Shown here: piece by piece, positions 1 to 7,739 of the stretch | Layout: the number at the start of each line of letters is the position of its first letter | How positions within the stretch are numbered: position 1 is the first letter of the stretch | Assembly (NCBI GenBank): GCA_038890155.1 | Contig: JAWAFZ010000010.1 | Span: forward strand, 1 to 24,000 | Direction: 5' to 3' | From: Candidatus Caldarchaeum sp. | GTDB lineage: Archaea > Thermoproteota > Nitrososphaeria_A > Caldarchaeales > Caldarchaeaceae | Length of the DNA stretch: 24,000 bases | Translations under genes and position numbers: made by a program | Notes under the pieces: generated by a model | Told to the model about the DNA's origin: nothing | The model's input: only the letters and a program-made list of their open reading frames with translations | Databases searched by the model: none

Positions 1-1105
1 CTAGCCTCATGGCGGGTTTCTTAATCTCACCCCACTCCGTGTAGGAAAGAGGCCACGCGAAGATCGGATGGCTGAACTCGCTAGTTCGAATGTGGTTTGC
101 GACCGTTGAGGGGTCTGTCGAACGGGTCTTTTCGACGGCGTCAACAATAGCCAAAACGGTCACATAGCCAGAGACAGCGTTGTGGTCGAAGTATCTTCCG
201 TATTTCTGGTAGAATTTAACGGCGAGGTCTCGGTACTCTGGCGTCTCGGTCTTAATGCAGGTCGTCGTCACAAGCTTGTCGAGCCCGATTTCACCAACGC
301 CTCTGAGCATCAGCTCGGGCGGCTGCACGGACGCGATGTAGTAGGCCGAGGGAAATCCAAGCTCTATCGCCTGCTTGGTTATCGTTGGGAATCCCGGTGG
401 ATGACCCGTCAGGATCATCAGTTCAGGCTGAAGAGGCTGGATCTTGCGTAGTACTGTTGTGAAGTCTGTTTCACCCAACGGAGTCTCCTCTATCTGAAAC
501 TGGAGGTTGGGAATTTCCTTTAGTCTTTTTTCAAGCACTTCTTTGATGGCGAAACCCCATTCATAGCTGGCGATGATTACTCCGACACGCCGGTATCCAC
601 TGTCTTTGACGAAGTTGGCGAGAAGCTCGCCGTTGGTTGGCGCAGGAGGCAGACAGGTTCTGAACGTGAAACGCGAATCCTTAGTCAGTATAGTGTGGGA
701 GCCGGCTGCTATGAGGAACAACGGGACTTTGGTTTGCTCGGCTTCAGCTGTCAAGACTGCTCCGATGCCGCTGGAAATCGTGCCGACGACAGCCGTCACT
801 TTGTCGATTTCAGCCATTCTCTTGAAGATGGACACAGCTTCTTTGGCGTCGTTCTTTTCATCCGCTTCGACAAGAACAACTTTTGCGCCGAGAACTCCTC
901 CTTTTGAGTTGATTTCATCGACTGCGAACCTCATGCCGTCGAGTGTGTAGGCTCCGTATATCGCGAAAGGCCCGGTCAAAGGCACTAGAGCACCTATTTT
1001 GACTTCGGAGACGCCGAGGCTTTGCTGCGAAAACAACAGAAAGGCTGTAGAAGCAAGGGCCGCGACGACGAGAGCGACAATCGCCACAACTACCGCTCTT
1101 TTCAC
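1..1105 (-). CDS. ABC-transporter substrate-binding protein, type-1 periplasmic-binding fold (LivJ/LivK branched-chain amino acid/amide-binding family); C-terminus cut by window edge
   Basis: Absent from the supplied track because it starts with GTG (1103-1105) and runs off the window. My minus-strand translation gives VKRAVVVAIVALVVAALASTAFLLF (hydrophobic signal/anchor). It continues KIGALVPLTGPFAIYGAYTLDGMRFAVDEINSKGGVLGAKVVLVEADEKNDAKEAV...KVTAVVGTISSG, a typical LivK-family opening. The frame stays open for all 368 codons. A TATA-like GATTTAAATTAG lies ~25 nt upstream on the minus strand. Confidence 0.75.
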   Translation of the reverse strand, partial: MKRAVVVAIVALVVAALASTAFLLFSQQSLGVSEVKIGALVPLTGPFAIYGAYTLDGMRFAVDEINSKGGVLGAKVVLVEADEKNDAKEAVSIFKRMAEIDKVTAVVGTISSGIGAVLTAEAEQTKVPLFLIAAGSHTILTKDSRFTFRTCLPPAPTNGELLANFVKDSGYRRVGVIIASYEWGFAIKEVLEKRLKEIPNLQFQIEETPLGETDFTTVLRKIQPLQPELMILTGHPPGFPTITKQAIELGFPSAYYIASVQPPELMLRGVGEIGLDKLVTTTCIKTETPEYRDLAVKFYQKYGRYFDHNAVSGYVTVLAIVDAVEKTRSTDPSTVANHIRTSEFSHPIFAWPLSYTEWGEIKKPAMRL

Positions 1106-1146
1106 GGGCTCTGCCCTCTAAACACTCTAATTTAAATCTATATGTT

Positions 1147-2124
1147 TTAAATTGAAGGATAAAGTTCTTCCACGATCTTGTGGAGTTGCTGCTTCTCGTA
1201 GGTGACAGGGTTCAAGACAATCCAGTCAACTCCTTCGAGTGATTTAACCCGTTCCCTGATTTTCGCAGCGATCTCCTCAACCGTTCCGTAGAGGTAGAAG
1301 TTTTTCCAGTAGTCAAGGTTCATGCCCGAATAAAGTGAGAATCGTTTGACGGCTTCGGCGTCGCTGTCTCCTGCTTTCTTCAAGTAGACGAAGTTGGAAT
1401 AGATTTTAGTTATTTTGTACGGGTCCCTTCCAAGCTCAGTTGCGTATTTCTTAACTTTCTCCCAGTCGTTGGTCGCCATCTGAGGCGTAGAGCTCGAATG
1501 CGGAATCCATCCATCGGCGAACTTCGCAATACGGTAAAGAACTTTGTCGATTCCTTTCGCAGCTGCTCCGTAGAGAATTTCATGAGGCTGGCTCCCTCCG
1601 CCAATCCATATTGGAGGATGAGGTTTCTGTGAAGGTTTCGGCTCGAGAATTAGGTCTTTGACGGTGAAAAATTTGCCTTCGAACGTGATTTTGTCCTCTG
1701 TCCAGAGCTTTTTCAGCAGCTGGAGGTATTCATCCATGATCGCTCCGCGTTTTTCGAGAGGTGTGTTGAGGAGGTGGAATTCGTCGGGATTCCATCCCAC
1801 GCCTGCGCCGAGAACAAACCTCCCTCCAGAATACACGTCGAGAGAAGCAATCTGTTTGGCGACGATGTAGGGGTTTCTGAAAGGCAGCACCATTATCATG
1901 GGGCCCAGCAACGCTTTCTTCGTCGCGGCGGCTACTAACGACAGAGCGATCAACGGGTCGTGCCAGCTAGTCGAATACGCAGGCCTTGAAGTGAGCAGAT
2001 GGTCGATGACGAAAAATCCTTCAACCCCCATGCGTTCGGCTTCTGCGACGTAGTTTCTCAGAGTCTCGCCGGATGAGAATTCTCCTGGCCTTGCGTAGGT
2101 TGGAAGACGAAGACCAAGCTTCAT
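1147..2124 (-). CDS. Luciferase-like monooxygenase (LLM) class flavin/F420-dependent oxidoreductase
   Basis: 325-aa ORF with LLM TIM-barrel family patterns recognised by eye (MKLGLRLPTY..., GVEGFFVIDHL, VLPFRNP, GRFVLGAGVGW, HPPIWIGGGS). Its ATG (2122-2124) overlaps the TAA of the upstream amidohydrolase by 1 nt. F420 versus FMN specificity cannot be decided by eye; F420 biosynthesis genes sit in the same window. Confidence 0.8.
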   Translation of the reverse strand: MKLGLRLPTYARPGEFSSGETLRNYVAEAERMGVEGFFVIDHLLTSRPAYSTSWHDPLIALSLVAAATKKALLGPMIMVLPFRNPYIVAKQIASLDVYSGGRFVLGAGVGWNPDEFHLLNTPLEKRGAIMDEYLQLLKKLWTEDKITFEGKFFTVKDLILEPKPSQKPHPPIWIGGGSQPHEILYGAAAKGIDKVLYRIAKFADGWIPHSSSTPQMATNDWEKVKKYATELGRDPYKITKIYSNFVYLKKAGDSDAEAVKRFSLYSGMNLDYWKNFYLYGTVEEIAAKIRERVKSLEGVDWIVLNPVTYEKQQLHKIVEELYPSI

Positions 2125-3308
2125 TAATGACCACCTTCGGGCATTTTCGCTTCTCCGCTGGTCTTTATTTGTTTCGAAGGAGGCGGGGTCATCCGGCTTC
2201 GGCCGACTCTAACCACTCCGTCTATCATGACCATGGCTATCCCAGGAATGTCGCCGACTGAGAAAGCTTCGACGGCGTCCCGCGCAACCGAGCCGTAGGG
2301 TGCGTCCATCACCACGAGGTCCGCTGGACGTCCAGGCTCCAGCACACCTTCTCTGAGTCCGAATGTTTTCGCCGTGTTTCCCGTGGCGGCTGAGACGATT
2401 TTCTCGGGCGCTATTCCTGCAGCCGAGGAGATGAAGGAAACGGTTCGGATGATGCCTAGAGGAATGACTCCTGTCCCGGAAGGCGAATCCGTTCCGATAA
2501 TCAATCTATGCAGCTCGTTTCGCGATTCTAGAATTCTAACGGTATCTATCATGGATTTGAAGTTGCCGCACTGGACTACTTCGATGGCCGCTTTCGTGTT
2601 TTCGATGATGGATCGGATGTCTGGAATTGATGGAGATGTCGGCCCTCCGTTGATGTGTGAAACTACGTCGGGCTGAACCTTGAGCACGACTTGAGCGTTG
2701 ATTATGGTGCTTCCCGGAATCGATGCTCCGCCTGTGTGAATGACGACTTTCATTCCATGTTTCTGAGCTAATCGGACGAGTGAAGCGGCTTCATCGGGGT
2801 CCTGAACTGTTCCAAGCCCGACTTCCCCGACAAGCCAGACGCCCTTCGAAACGACTTCCTCGAAATCGCCTTCTACAAGTCCTTTCTCCAGCAGAAGAGC
2901 GCCTGCGTGAACTTTCGCGCCGAGAGGCCTGACGTTCTTGAATGTTTTGTGGGCCAGAACTGCGAGGGCTTTCGCGGCCTCCTTGTCTCCACGGGGTCTG
3001 CCAGGGAGATGAACCTCGCCAGCAGAGACAAACGAGGTGACTCCACCGTTAACGTATGATTCTATGAATCCTATAGTGTTTTGGCGAGGGGTGAAATCGC
3101 CGAAAACGGGATGGACGTGTGAATCAAACAGGCCGGGAGCCACCGTCATCTGGCCGACGTCGAACACTCCGTCTGCCTGCCGGGAAATGTCCCAGTCTAT
3201 TTCCTCTATTACGCCGTTGTTGATGTAGATGCTGTCGCCTTCTGCAAAAGGCTTATCGAACTTACCTGAAAGAATTTTTCCCGCGTTCTTGACGAGTATT
3301 GTTTTCAT
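2124..3308 (-). CDS. Metal-dependent cyclic amidohydrolase, enamidase-like
   Basis: 394-aa ORF with a full set of amidohydrolase-superfamily metal-ligand motifs: DSHVHPV (HxH), VGEVGLG, VVIHTGG, VVSHINGGP, IIGTDSPSG. End-to-end it resembles my recollection of Eubacterium barkeri enamidase (MSKTIIKNIGKIVSG..., ...PRQKT..., VSHINGGPT, similar length). An SD-like GGGGGAAATAC sits before the ATG, 12 nt after the upstream stop. Confidence 0.8.
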   Translation of the reverse strand: MKTILVKNAGKILSGKFDKPFAEGDSIYINNGVIEEIDWDISRQADGVFDVGQMTVAPGLFDSHVHPVFGDFTPRQNTIGFIESYVNGGVTSFVSAGEVHLPGRPRGDKEAAKALAVLAHKTFKNVRPLGAKVHAGALLLEKGLVEGDFEEVVSKGVWLVGEVGLGTVQDPDEAASLVRLAQKHGMKVVIHTGGASIPGSTIINAQVVLKVQPDVVSHINGGPTSPSIPDIRSIIENTKAAIEVVQCGNFKSMIDTVRILESRNELHRLIIGTDSPSGTGVIPLGIIRTVSFISSAAGIAPEKIVSAATGNTAKTFGLREGVLEPGRPADLVVMDAPYGSVARDAVEAFSVGDIPGIAMVMIDGVVRVGRSRMTPPPSKQIKTSGEAKMPEGGH

Positions 3309-3320
3309 GTATTTCCCCCG

Positions 3321-5633
3321 CTAAAACGTGTTTTTATTTGTTGCGATGCTCCAGAGAAGGCTGGGGGAAATGTTTGATTTTGTGAGACGTTTTTTGGCGG
3401 CGTCTTCAACGGCGTTGACTATTGCGGCGGCTACGGGTATCAGCGGGCCTTCACCCATTCCCTTTGTGCCTAGCTCGGAAAACATAGACGGTGTTTCTAA
3501 GTGGTCGATTAAGATCTCAGGAGTTTCCATGGTTGTGGGGAGAAGATAGTCGCTGAACGACGCCGTCAACAGAACTCCGTTCTGGTCGTAGAGGATGTTT
3601 TCATAAAGGGTTGCGCCTAGCCCCTGCAGAACACCCCCTAGGATCTGGCCGTCGACGATGGGTTTGTTCATTATTTTGCCGCAGTCGTGTACGGCTACGT
3701 ATCTAAGAACTTTGACAATGTATGTTTCCGGGTCAAATTGGACGATTGCGACGTGAGCTGAATTTCCGTAGGTGGCTGACATGTTGATTTCACCCGGAGC
3801 TCCGACGTTGAATGTCGGAAAATCATAGAAAACCTCAGCCTGAAGGCTCTCATGATATTTTTTTGTCTTGACAACGTCTCGATAGGCTTTTGAAGCGATT
3901 TGGGCGAAAGTCAGCGAAAAATCGGTTCCCTTAAGAACGATTCGGCCGTCGTTTATCTCCAAATCTTTCTCAGACGCTTCAAAAAGGCCTGCCGCTAGCG
4001 AAAGAATTTTCGCCCGGAGAATTTCGCATGATTTTTTGACGGCTGCAACGGTCATGACGCTGAACCTGCTGGCCCACGTGCCTCCGTAGGGGCTTGGATA
4101 GACCATGTCCGAATCGCCGAAGACAATCCGCACGTTCTCAGGCTTGACTCCGAGAGTTTCGCAGACGATCTGAGTCAAAACAGTTTCATGGCCCTGCCCC
4201 TGAGGAATCGAAGCCGCGTAAACCGTGACCGCTCCAGATTCTTCAAGCCTAACGATTGCCCCTTCGCCGGAGCCCGACGTTTCAAGCTCCGGAAACAACA
4301 GTTTGTTTCGGGCTAGGTTTGTTACCGCAGGCTCGACTACGCAAGCTACTCCAACGCCGACATTCGGCAGGCCTCGGTATTGCTCCGGCTCGGCGAGCTT
4401 CCAAGCCTTCTCAAGTAGTTCACGGTATTCGCCGCCGTCGTAAAGGCTTCCGAACACACTTCGGTAAGGCATCATTTCTCTGCCGACCATGTTCCTCAGC
4501 CTCATTTCAACCGGCGACAACCCCACCTCCTTCGCCGCGATGTCCATCATCCTTTCCAGAACAAAATACGCTTGCTGACACCCATATCCACGGACAGGCC
4601 CCGTGGGGCATTTATTCGTGAAAACAACTTTCAACTGGACCTCGACGTTGCGGATGTCGTAGCATCCGAGATAGGTCATCAAAGACCTGATAACTCCACC
4701 CGGGTCGGGAAGACGTGCGTAGGCTCCGACGTCTTCGATGAAGTCTGTACGGTACGCGGCTATCTTTCCAGTTTTGTCGAGGGCCATCTCCGCATAAGTA
4801 ACGCGGTTGGAGTTGTGAGCCATCGCTGTCAAATGTTCTCGGCGTGTTTCAAACCACTTCACGGGTCTCTTAAGCTGAAGAGCAGCAAAGCAGACTAGAA
4901 AAACATACGGATAGAGCATGATTTTGACGCCGAAGCCTCCGCCGATGTCCTTCTCGATGAACCGAATTTTCTCGGGCGTTATTCTGAGACAGTCGGCGAG
5001 GATTTTCTTGAAAAGAAGTGGTGTCTGCTGGTTATCGTAAACAGTCAGCGAGCCGTCTTTCTGCGGAACAGCCACTACACCGCATGTCTCGATCGGCGAC
5101 GCAGCATACCTTTCAAAGAAGAACTTTTCCCTAACCACCCTTTCAGCTTCGCTGAAGGCTTCTTCAACATCTCCAAAAGAAAATTTCCTCTCTAGTGCTA
5201 CGTTTGTTCCCAGCTGTTCATGGACCAATGAGGATGGGTGAAGCGCGTCTTCGGCGTCGACGACGACTCCTAAAGGCTCGTAATCGACGACAACCTGCTC
5301 AGCAAGGTCGAAAGCTTCTTCACGGGATTCAGCGACGACCACGGCTACGGGTTCGCCGTAGTATCGGACTTTGTCAACCGCTATGCCGTAGTACGGCACG
5401 TTCTTTATCAGCGTGTAGAGAGGCTTGGTTCTGTACGCGATGGTTTTCCCCGTGAAAACAACGCCTCCCTGTCGAACCACGCTCTCGTAGGAGATCTGCT
5501 TGATTCTAGCATGGGCATAAGGGCTTCTAACAAACACAAGATGAAGCATTCTTGGAAAGCTCAAGTCGTCCACATAAACAGCTTCTCCCCGCAGAAACCG
5601 CGGGTCCTCCAGCCTTCTAGTCAAGTTCAACAA
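3321..5633 (-). CDS. Molybdopterin-binding large subunit of a xanthine dehydrogenase/CoxL-family Mo-hydroxylase (orphan: no adjacent FAD or 2Fe-2S subunit)
   Basis: 770 aa with an N-terminal a/b-hammerhead pattern (RLEDPRFLRGEAVYVDDL), GGGFGVK, active-site loop PVRGYGCQQAYF and C-terminal KGMGEGP with the catalytic Glu. TTG start at 5633 (a stop 4 codons upstream, no ATG available). Confidence 0.9.
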   Translation of the reverse strand: MLNLTRRLEDPRFLRGEAVYVDDLSFPRMLHLVFVRSPYAHARIKQISYESVVRQGGVVFTGKTIAYRTKPLYTLIKNVPYYGIAVDKVRYYGEPVAVVVAESREEAFDLAEQVVVDYEPLGVVVDAEDALHPSSLVHEQLGTNVALERKFSFGDVEEAFSEAERVVREKFFFERYAASPIETCGVVAVPQKDGSLTVYDNQQTPLLFKKILADCLRITPEKIRFIEKDIGGGFGVKIMLYPYVFLVCFAALQLKRPVKWFETRREHLTAMAHNSNRVTYAEMALDKTGKIAAYRTDFIEDVGAYARLPDPGGVIRSLMTYLGCYDIRNVEVQLKVVFTNKCPTGPVRGYGCQQAYFVLERMMDIAAKEVGLSPVEMRLRNMVGREMMPYRSVFGSLYDGGEYRELLEKAWKLAEPEQYRGLPNVGVGVACVVEPAVTNLARNKLLFPELETSGSGEGAIVRLEESGAVTVYAASIPQGQGHETVLTQIVCETLGVKPENVRIVFGDSDMVYPSPYGGTWASRFSVMTVAAVKKSCEILRAKILSLAAGLFEASEKDLEINDGRIVLKGTDFSLTFAQIASKAYRDVVKTKKYHESLQAEVFYDFPTFNVGAPGEINMSATYGNSAHVAIVQFDPETYIVKVLRYVAVHDCGKIMNKPIVDGQILGGVLQGLGATLYENILYDQNGVLLTASFSDYLLPTTMETPEILIDHLETPSMFSELGTKGMGEGPLIPVAAAIVNAVEDAAKKRLTKSNISPSLLWSIATNKNTF

Positions 5634-5649
5634 CCTGCCAAAATTTCAA

Positions 5650-5663
5650 CTAATTTTTAAACC
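5650..5663 (-). promoter_or_regulatory. BRE/TATA box for the Mo-hydroxylase-amidohydrolase-LLM operon
   Basis: The minus strand reads GGTTTAAAAATTAG, centred ~24 nt upstream of the TTG start at 5633. The same GGTTTAWAA core recurs before other genes in the window. Confidence 0.5.
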
Positions 5664-6103
5664 ATTTCTAACCGATGGCAACCGTTGTTCCCCTCTCTGG
5701 ACTTTCAGCAACAACGCTCTCAGCAATCATCCGGTGTGGAAAAACAGACCACCGTGATGCTCGGACTTTCTTTGACGGATGTTGTTTCGGCAGCAGCTCT
5801 CGATGGCAGCAGGAAATTTCTGCTTTTAAACATGGGTGGAGAAAAAGAAAGTATCTGCACCTAATCAACACCATTCATCTAAAAATGTGGTTATGGGAGG
5901 ATAGCGGTCAAACGGTAGGGGCGCACAGGGCTAATCAGGGAGGTTCTTTGGAAGGCCGGTGTTTTCTTCCGTTAAGATCCCTCCCATCTTTTTGAAGATT
6001 TAACCCAAGCCACGATACACACAGGTCTTCTAAAATAAGTCCATGAGGATTATGGTGTAGACGCTCCAGCCAAACTCTCCCCTTTTTTTACCTCTTTGAC
6101 AAT

Positions 6104-6113
6104 ACATATATTT
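6104..6113 (+). promoter_or_regulatory. TATA box for tRNA-Pro
   Basis: ACATATATTT centred ~27 nt upstream of tRNA position 1 (6135). Confidence 0.45.
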
Positions 6114-6134
6114 CCCCTCCGGAGACGCTAAAAC

Positions 6135-6239
6135 GGGGCCGTAGTTCAGCATGGTTAGAAAGAGATAATTCATTAAATTATTTCCTAATTTCCGCGGCTT
6201 GGGCCCGCGAGGTCCCCGGTTCAAATCCGGGCGGCCCCA
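6135..6239 (+). tRNA. tRNA-Pro(UGG): tRNA-Pro (anticodon UGG) with a ~30-nt intron in the D-arm (about 6161-6190); no encoded CCA
   Basis: Hand-folded cloverleaf. Acceptor GGGGCCG/CGGCCCC plus discriminator A. D-arm GTTC-AGCATGGTTA-GAA[intron]T. Anticodon arm CGCGG-CTTGGGC-CCGCG (UGG, G37). Variable loop AGGTC. T-arm CCCGG-TTCAAAT-CCGGG. The 105 nt minus 30 gives a 75-nt mature tRNA. The intron contains a hairpin, GATAATT-CATTA-AATTATT. Confidence 0.85.
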
Positions 6240-6241
6240 GC

Positions 6242-6246
6242 TTTTT
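6242..6246 (+). terminator. Oligo-T terminator after tRNA-Pro
   Basis: TTTTT begins 3 nt after the discriminator base; this is an archaeal-type oligo-T termination signal. Confidence 0.5.
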
Positions 6247-6610
6247 AGAGCTGGGCTTAGTTGGTTGGTGCTTTGTCGGAGGGTTGGGACGGCTATGTTT
6301 TTGTTGTCGACTCTAGGCCTACAGTATTTGAGTCTGTTGGAAGACCCGACAGGAGTGTTCAAGCTGGGAAGCCTGTCATGGACATTCCCTAGTTTTCAGC
6401 AACAAGTCGACCTTCCGATTCTTCGTGTCGAGAGGCCTCATGTCAAGCTGAACCATCGAGCTTCTGACGCTTCTGATTTTAGGCAGCTGAGAAAGCGTGC
6501 GAAAGCCGTCTACGCCGGAGGCACGACCCGAGCGTTGAAACCCGTTTTCCTCAACCTAGGACAATTTTTGTTAGACAAAAAACGTTTTGCAAGGTAATGT
6601 TTTTAGATTG

Positions 6611-6622
6611 GGTTTATAATGG
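6611..6622 (+). promoter_or_regulatory. BRE/TATA box for the site-2 protease gene
   Basis: GGTTTATAATGG centred 22 nt upstream of the ATG at 6639. This argues for the ATG, not the track's TTG at 6627, as the start of a leaderless mRNA. Confidence 0.5.
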
Positions 6623-6638
6623 TTAGTTGGTCTGTTTT

Positions 6639-7739
6639 ATGGCGTTGTACGGGGGCGCTTCCGTGGATTTTGACGCAGCTAAGAGGGTTCTTGGAGGCAG
6701 CTTCACGGTGACTAGTGTTTACCTAGACGCTGGTGTGTTGACTTTTGAAGTTGCTGAGAACGTTATAAAGGAGAGGTTCAAGAGATGTCTCCCCCAGCTC
6801 AAGAGCCTCGGGTTGATAGCCACTGCTCGTAAGGAGAACGGAGTGGTTAAGATAAGGGTGTTTCCCTACGCCAAGCCTCCCAAGAACGATATACGCATAC
6901 CGCTGGTTCTCGGCCTGGCTACTCTGGCTACCGTGTCCTTCGACGGCTTCATAAGGTCTTCTGGAAGGATATACAGCGTCGTGCATCCCGGCTACAGCCT
7001 CGGCGAAGTATTCTTCAACGGCATGGTCTTCTCAGCAGCTTTGCTTGCAATAATATTCATCCACGAGATGGGCCATAAGCTATCAGCTCGTATAGACGGC
7101 GTCTCCGCTAGCTATCCCTACTTCATACCCGGGTTTCCCGGCATCATTCCAACCTTGGGTGCTGTGATTTTTCAGAAGGAGCCGCTCGCTAACAGGGATG
7201 ACATGTTTGACATAGGGATAAGCGGGCCTGTTGCTGGGTTCGCTACGGCGGTTGTTGTGGCCTTCGTTGCTTTCCAGACCGCCACGTGGGTTCCGGTCGA
7301 CCAGTACCGTGCTTTGATCGAAACGGCTGCGAGGGAGGGGTCGGTCGTAGAGGTTCCGCTGATCTTCACCCTGATAAGGCTTCTGTACGGAAGGCCTGAC
7401 GAAGTTCCTTTCTTCATGACTGTTGGCTTCGCTGCTTGGCTGGGTATGGTCGTCACGGCCTTGAACCTCATGCCCATATGGCAGCTTGACGGCGGCCGTA
7501 TATTCAGGAGCTTCCTGTCAAGAAAGCAGCACCTAATCGCTTCGTACATCTCTCTAGGCGTGTTGGTTGTCGCGGGCTACTACTTCATGGCCTTGCTGCT
7601 AATATTCATGATGGGCAGGAGCATCGACATAGTTCCGTTGGACGACGTCTCTCCGCTTTCTTTCTGGAGAAAGGTTTCCTTGATAGGGCTTGCAGCCATG
7701 CTCGTTCTCAGCTTCGTACCCCTTACCAGGATGTTCTAA
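6639..7739 (+). CDS. Site-2 protease family (M50) intramembrane zinc metalloprotease
   Basis: HExxH motif in a hydrophobic segment (IFIHEMGHKLSA) plus the second M50 signature NLMPIWQLDGGRIF, with several predicted TM helices. The track ORF begins at TTG 6627; I prefer the in-frame ATG at 6639. Confidence 0.85.
   Translation: MALYGGASVDFDAAKRVLGGSFTVTSVYLDAGVLTFEVAENVIKERFKRCLPQLKSLGLIATARKENGVVKIRVFPYAKPPKNDIRIPLVLGLATLATVSFDGFIRSSGRIYSVVHPGYSLGEVFFNGMVFSAALLAIIFIHEMGHKLSARIDGVSASYPYFIPGFPGIIPTLGAVIFQKEPLANRDDMFDIGISGPVAGFATAVVVAFVAFQTATWVPVDQYRALIETAAREGSVVEVPLIFTLIRLLYGRPDEVPFFMTVGFAAWLGMVVTALNLMPIWQLDGGRIFRSFLSRKQHLIASYISLGVLVVAGYYFMALLLIFMMGRSIDIVPLDDVSPLSFWRKVSLIGLAAMLVLSFVPLTRMF

Noticed and set aside
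182-950. Plus-strand track ORFs 182-451, 573-950 and 695-907
   Set aside because: They lie antisense to a continuous 368-codon minus-strand frame with clear LivK-family motifs. Their translations are Arg/Ser/Leu-rich with no recognisable motifs. They are typical shadow ORFs of a GC-rich gene.
5700-5830. C/D-box or H/ACA guide RNAs in the intergenic gaps (also 6240-6610 and 12393-12698)
   Set aside because: GTGATGC at ~5752 resembles a C box, but no properly spaced CTGA D box or C'/D' pair follows. The CTGA motifs at ~6465-6500 have no RTGATGA partner. No ACA/ANA tail follows the hairpins.
5668-5995. Track ORFs 5668-5874 (-) and 5675-5995 (+) in the gap upstream of tRNA-Pro
   Set aside because: They mutually overlap on opposite strands and have Cys/Trp/Arg-rich, low-plausibility sequences. 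Neither has a promoter at the spacing seen for real genes here. The region is treated as non-coding (see the candidate RNA finding).
6135-6239. Integrated mobile element or att-site duplication at the tRNA genes (also 12289-12392)
   Set aside because: I found no second copy of either tRNA 3' half, no integrase/transposase-like ORF, and no terminal inverted repeats in the flanking gaps.
6030-6597. Track ORFs 6030-6362 (-) and 6199-6597 (+)
   Set aside because: Both run straight through the tRNA-Pro gene (6135-6239) and have non-protein-like composition.
6627-6638. Alternative starts proposed by the track: TTG 6627 for the site-2 protease, TTG 22464 for L1, ATG 23342 for Cgi121
   Set aside because: In each case an ATG 3-12 nt downstream fits the TATA spacing or the family N-terminus better. 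The differences are small and remain unproven without N-terminal data.
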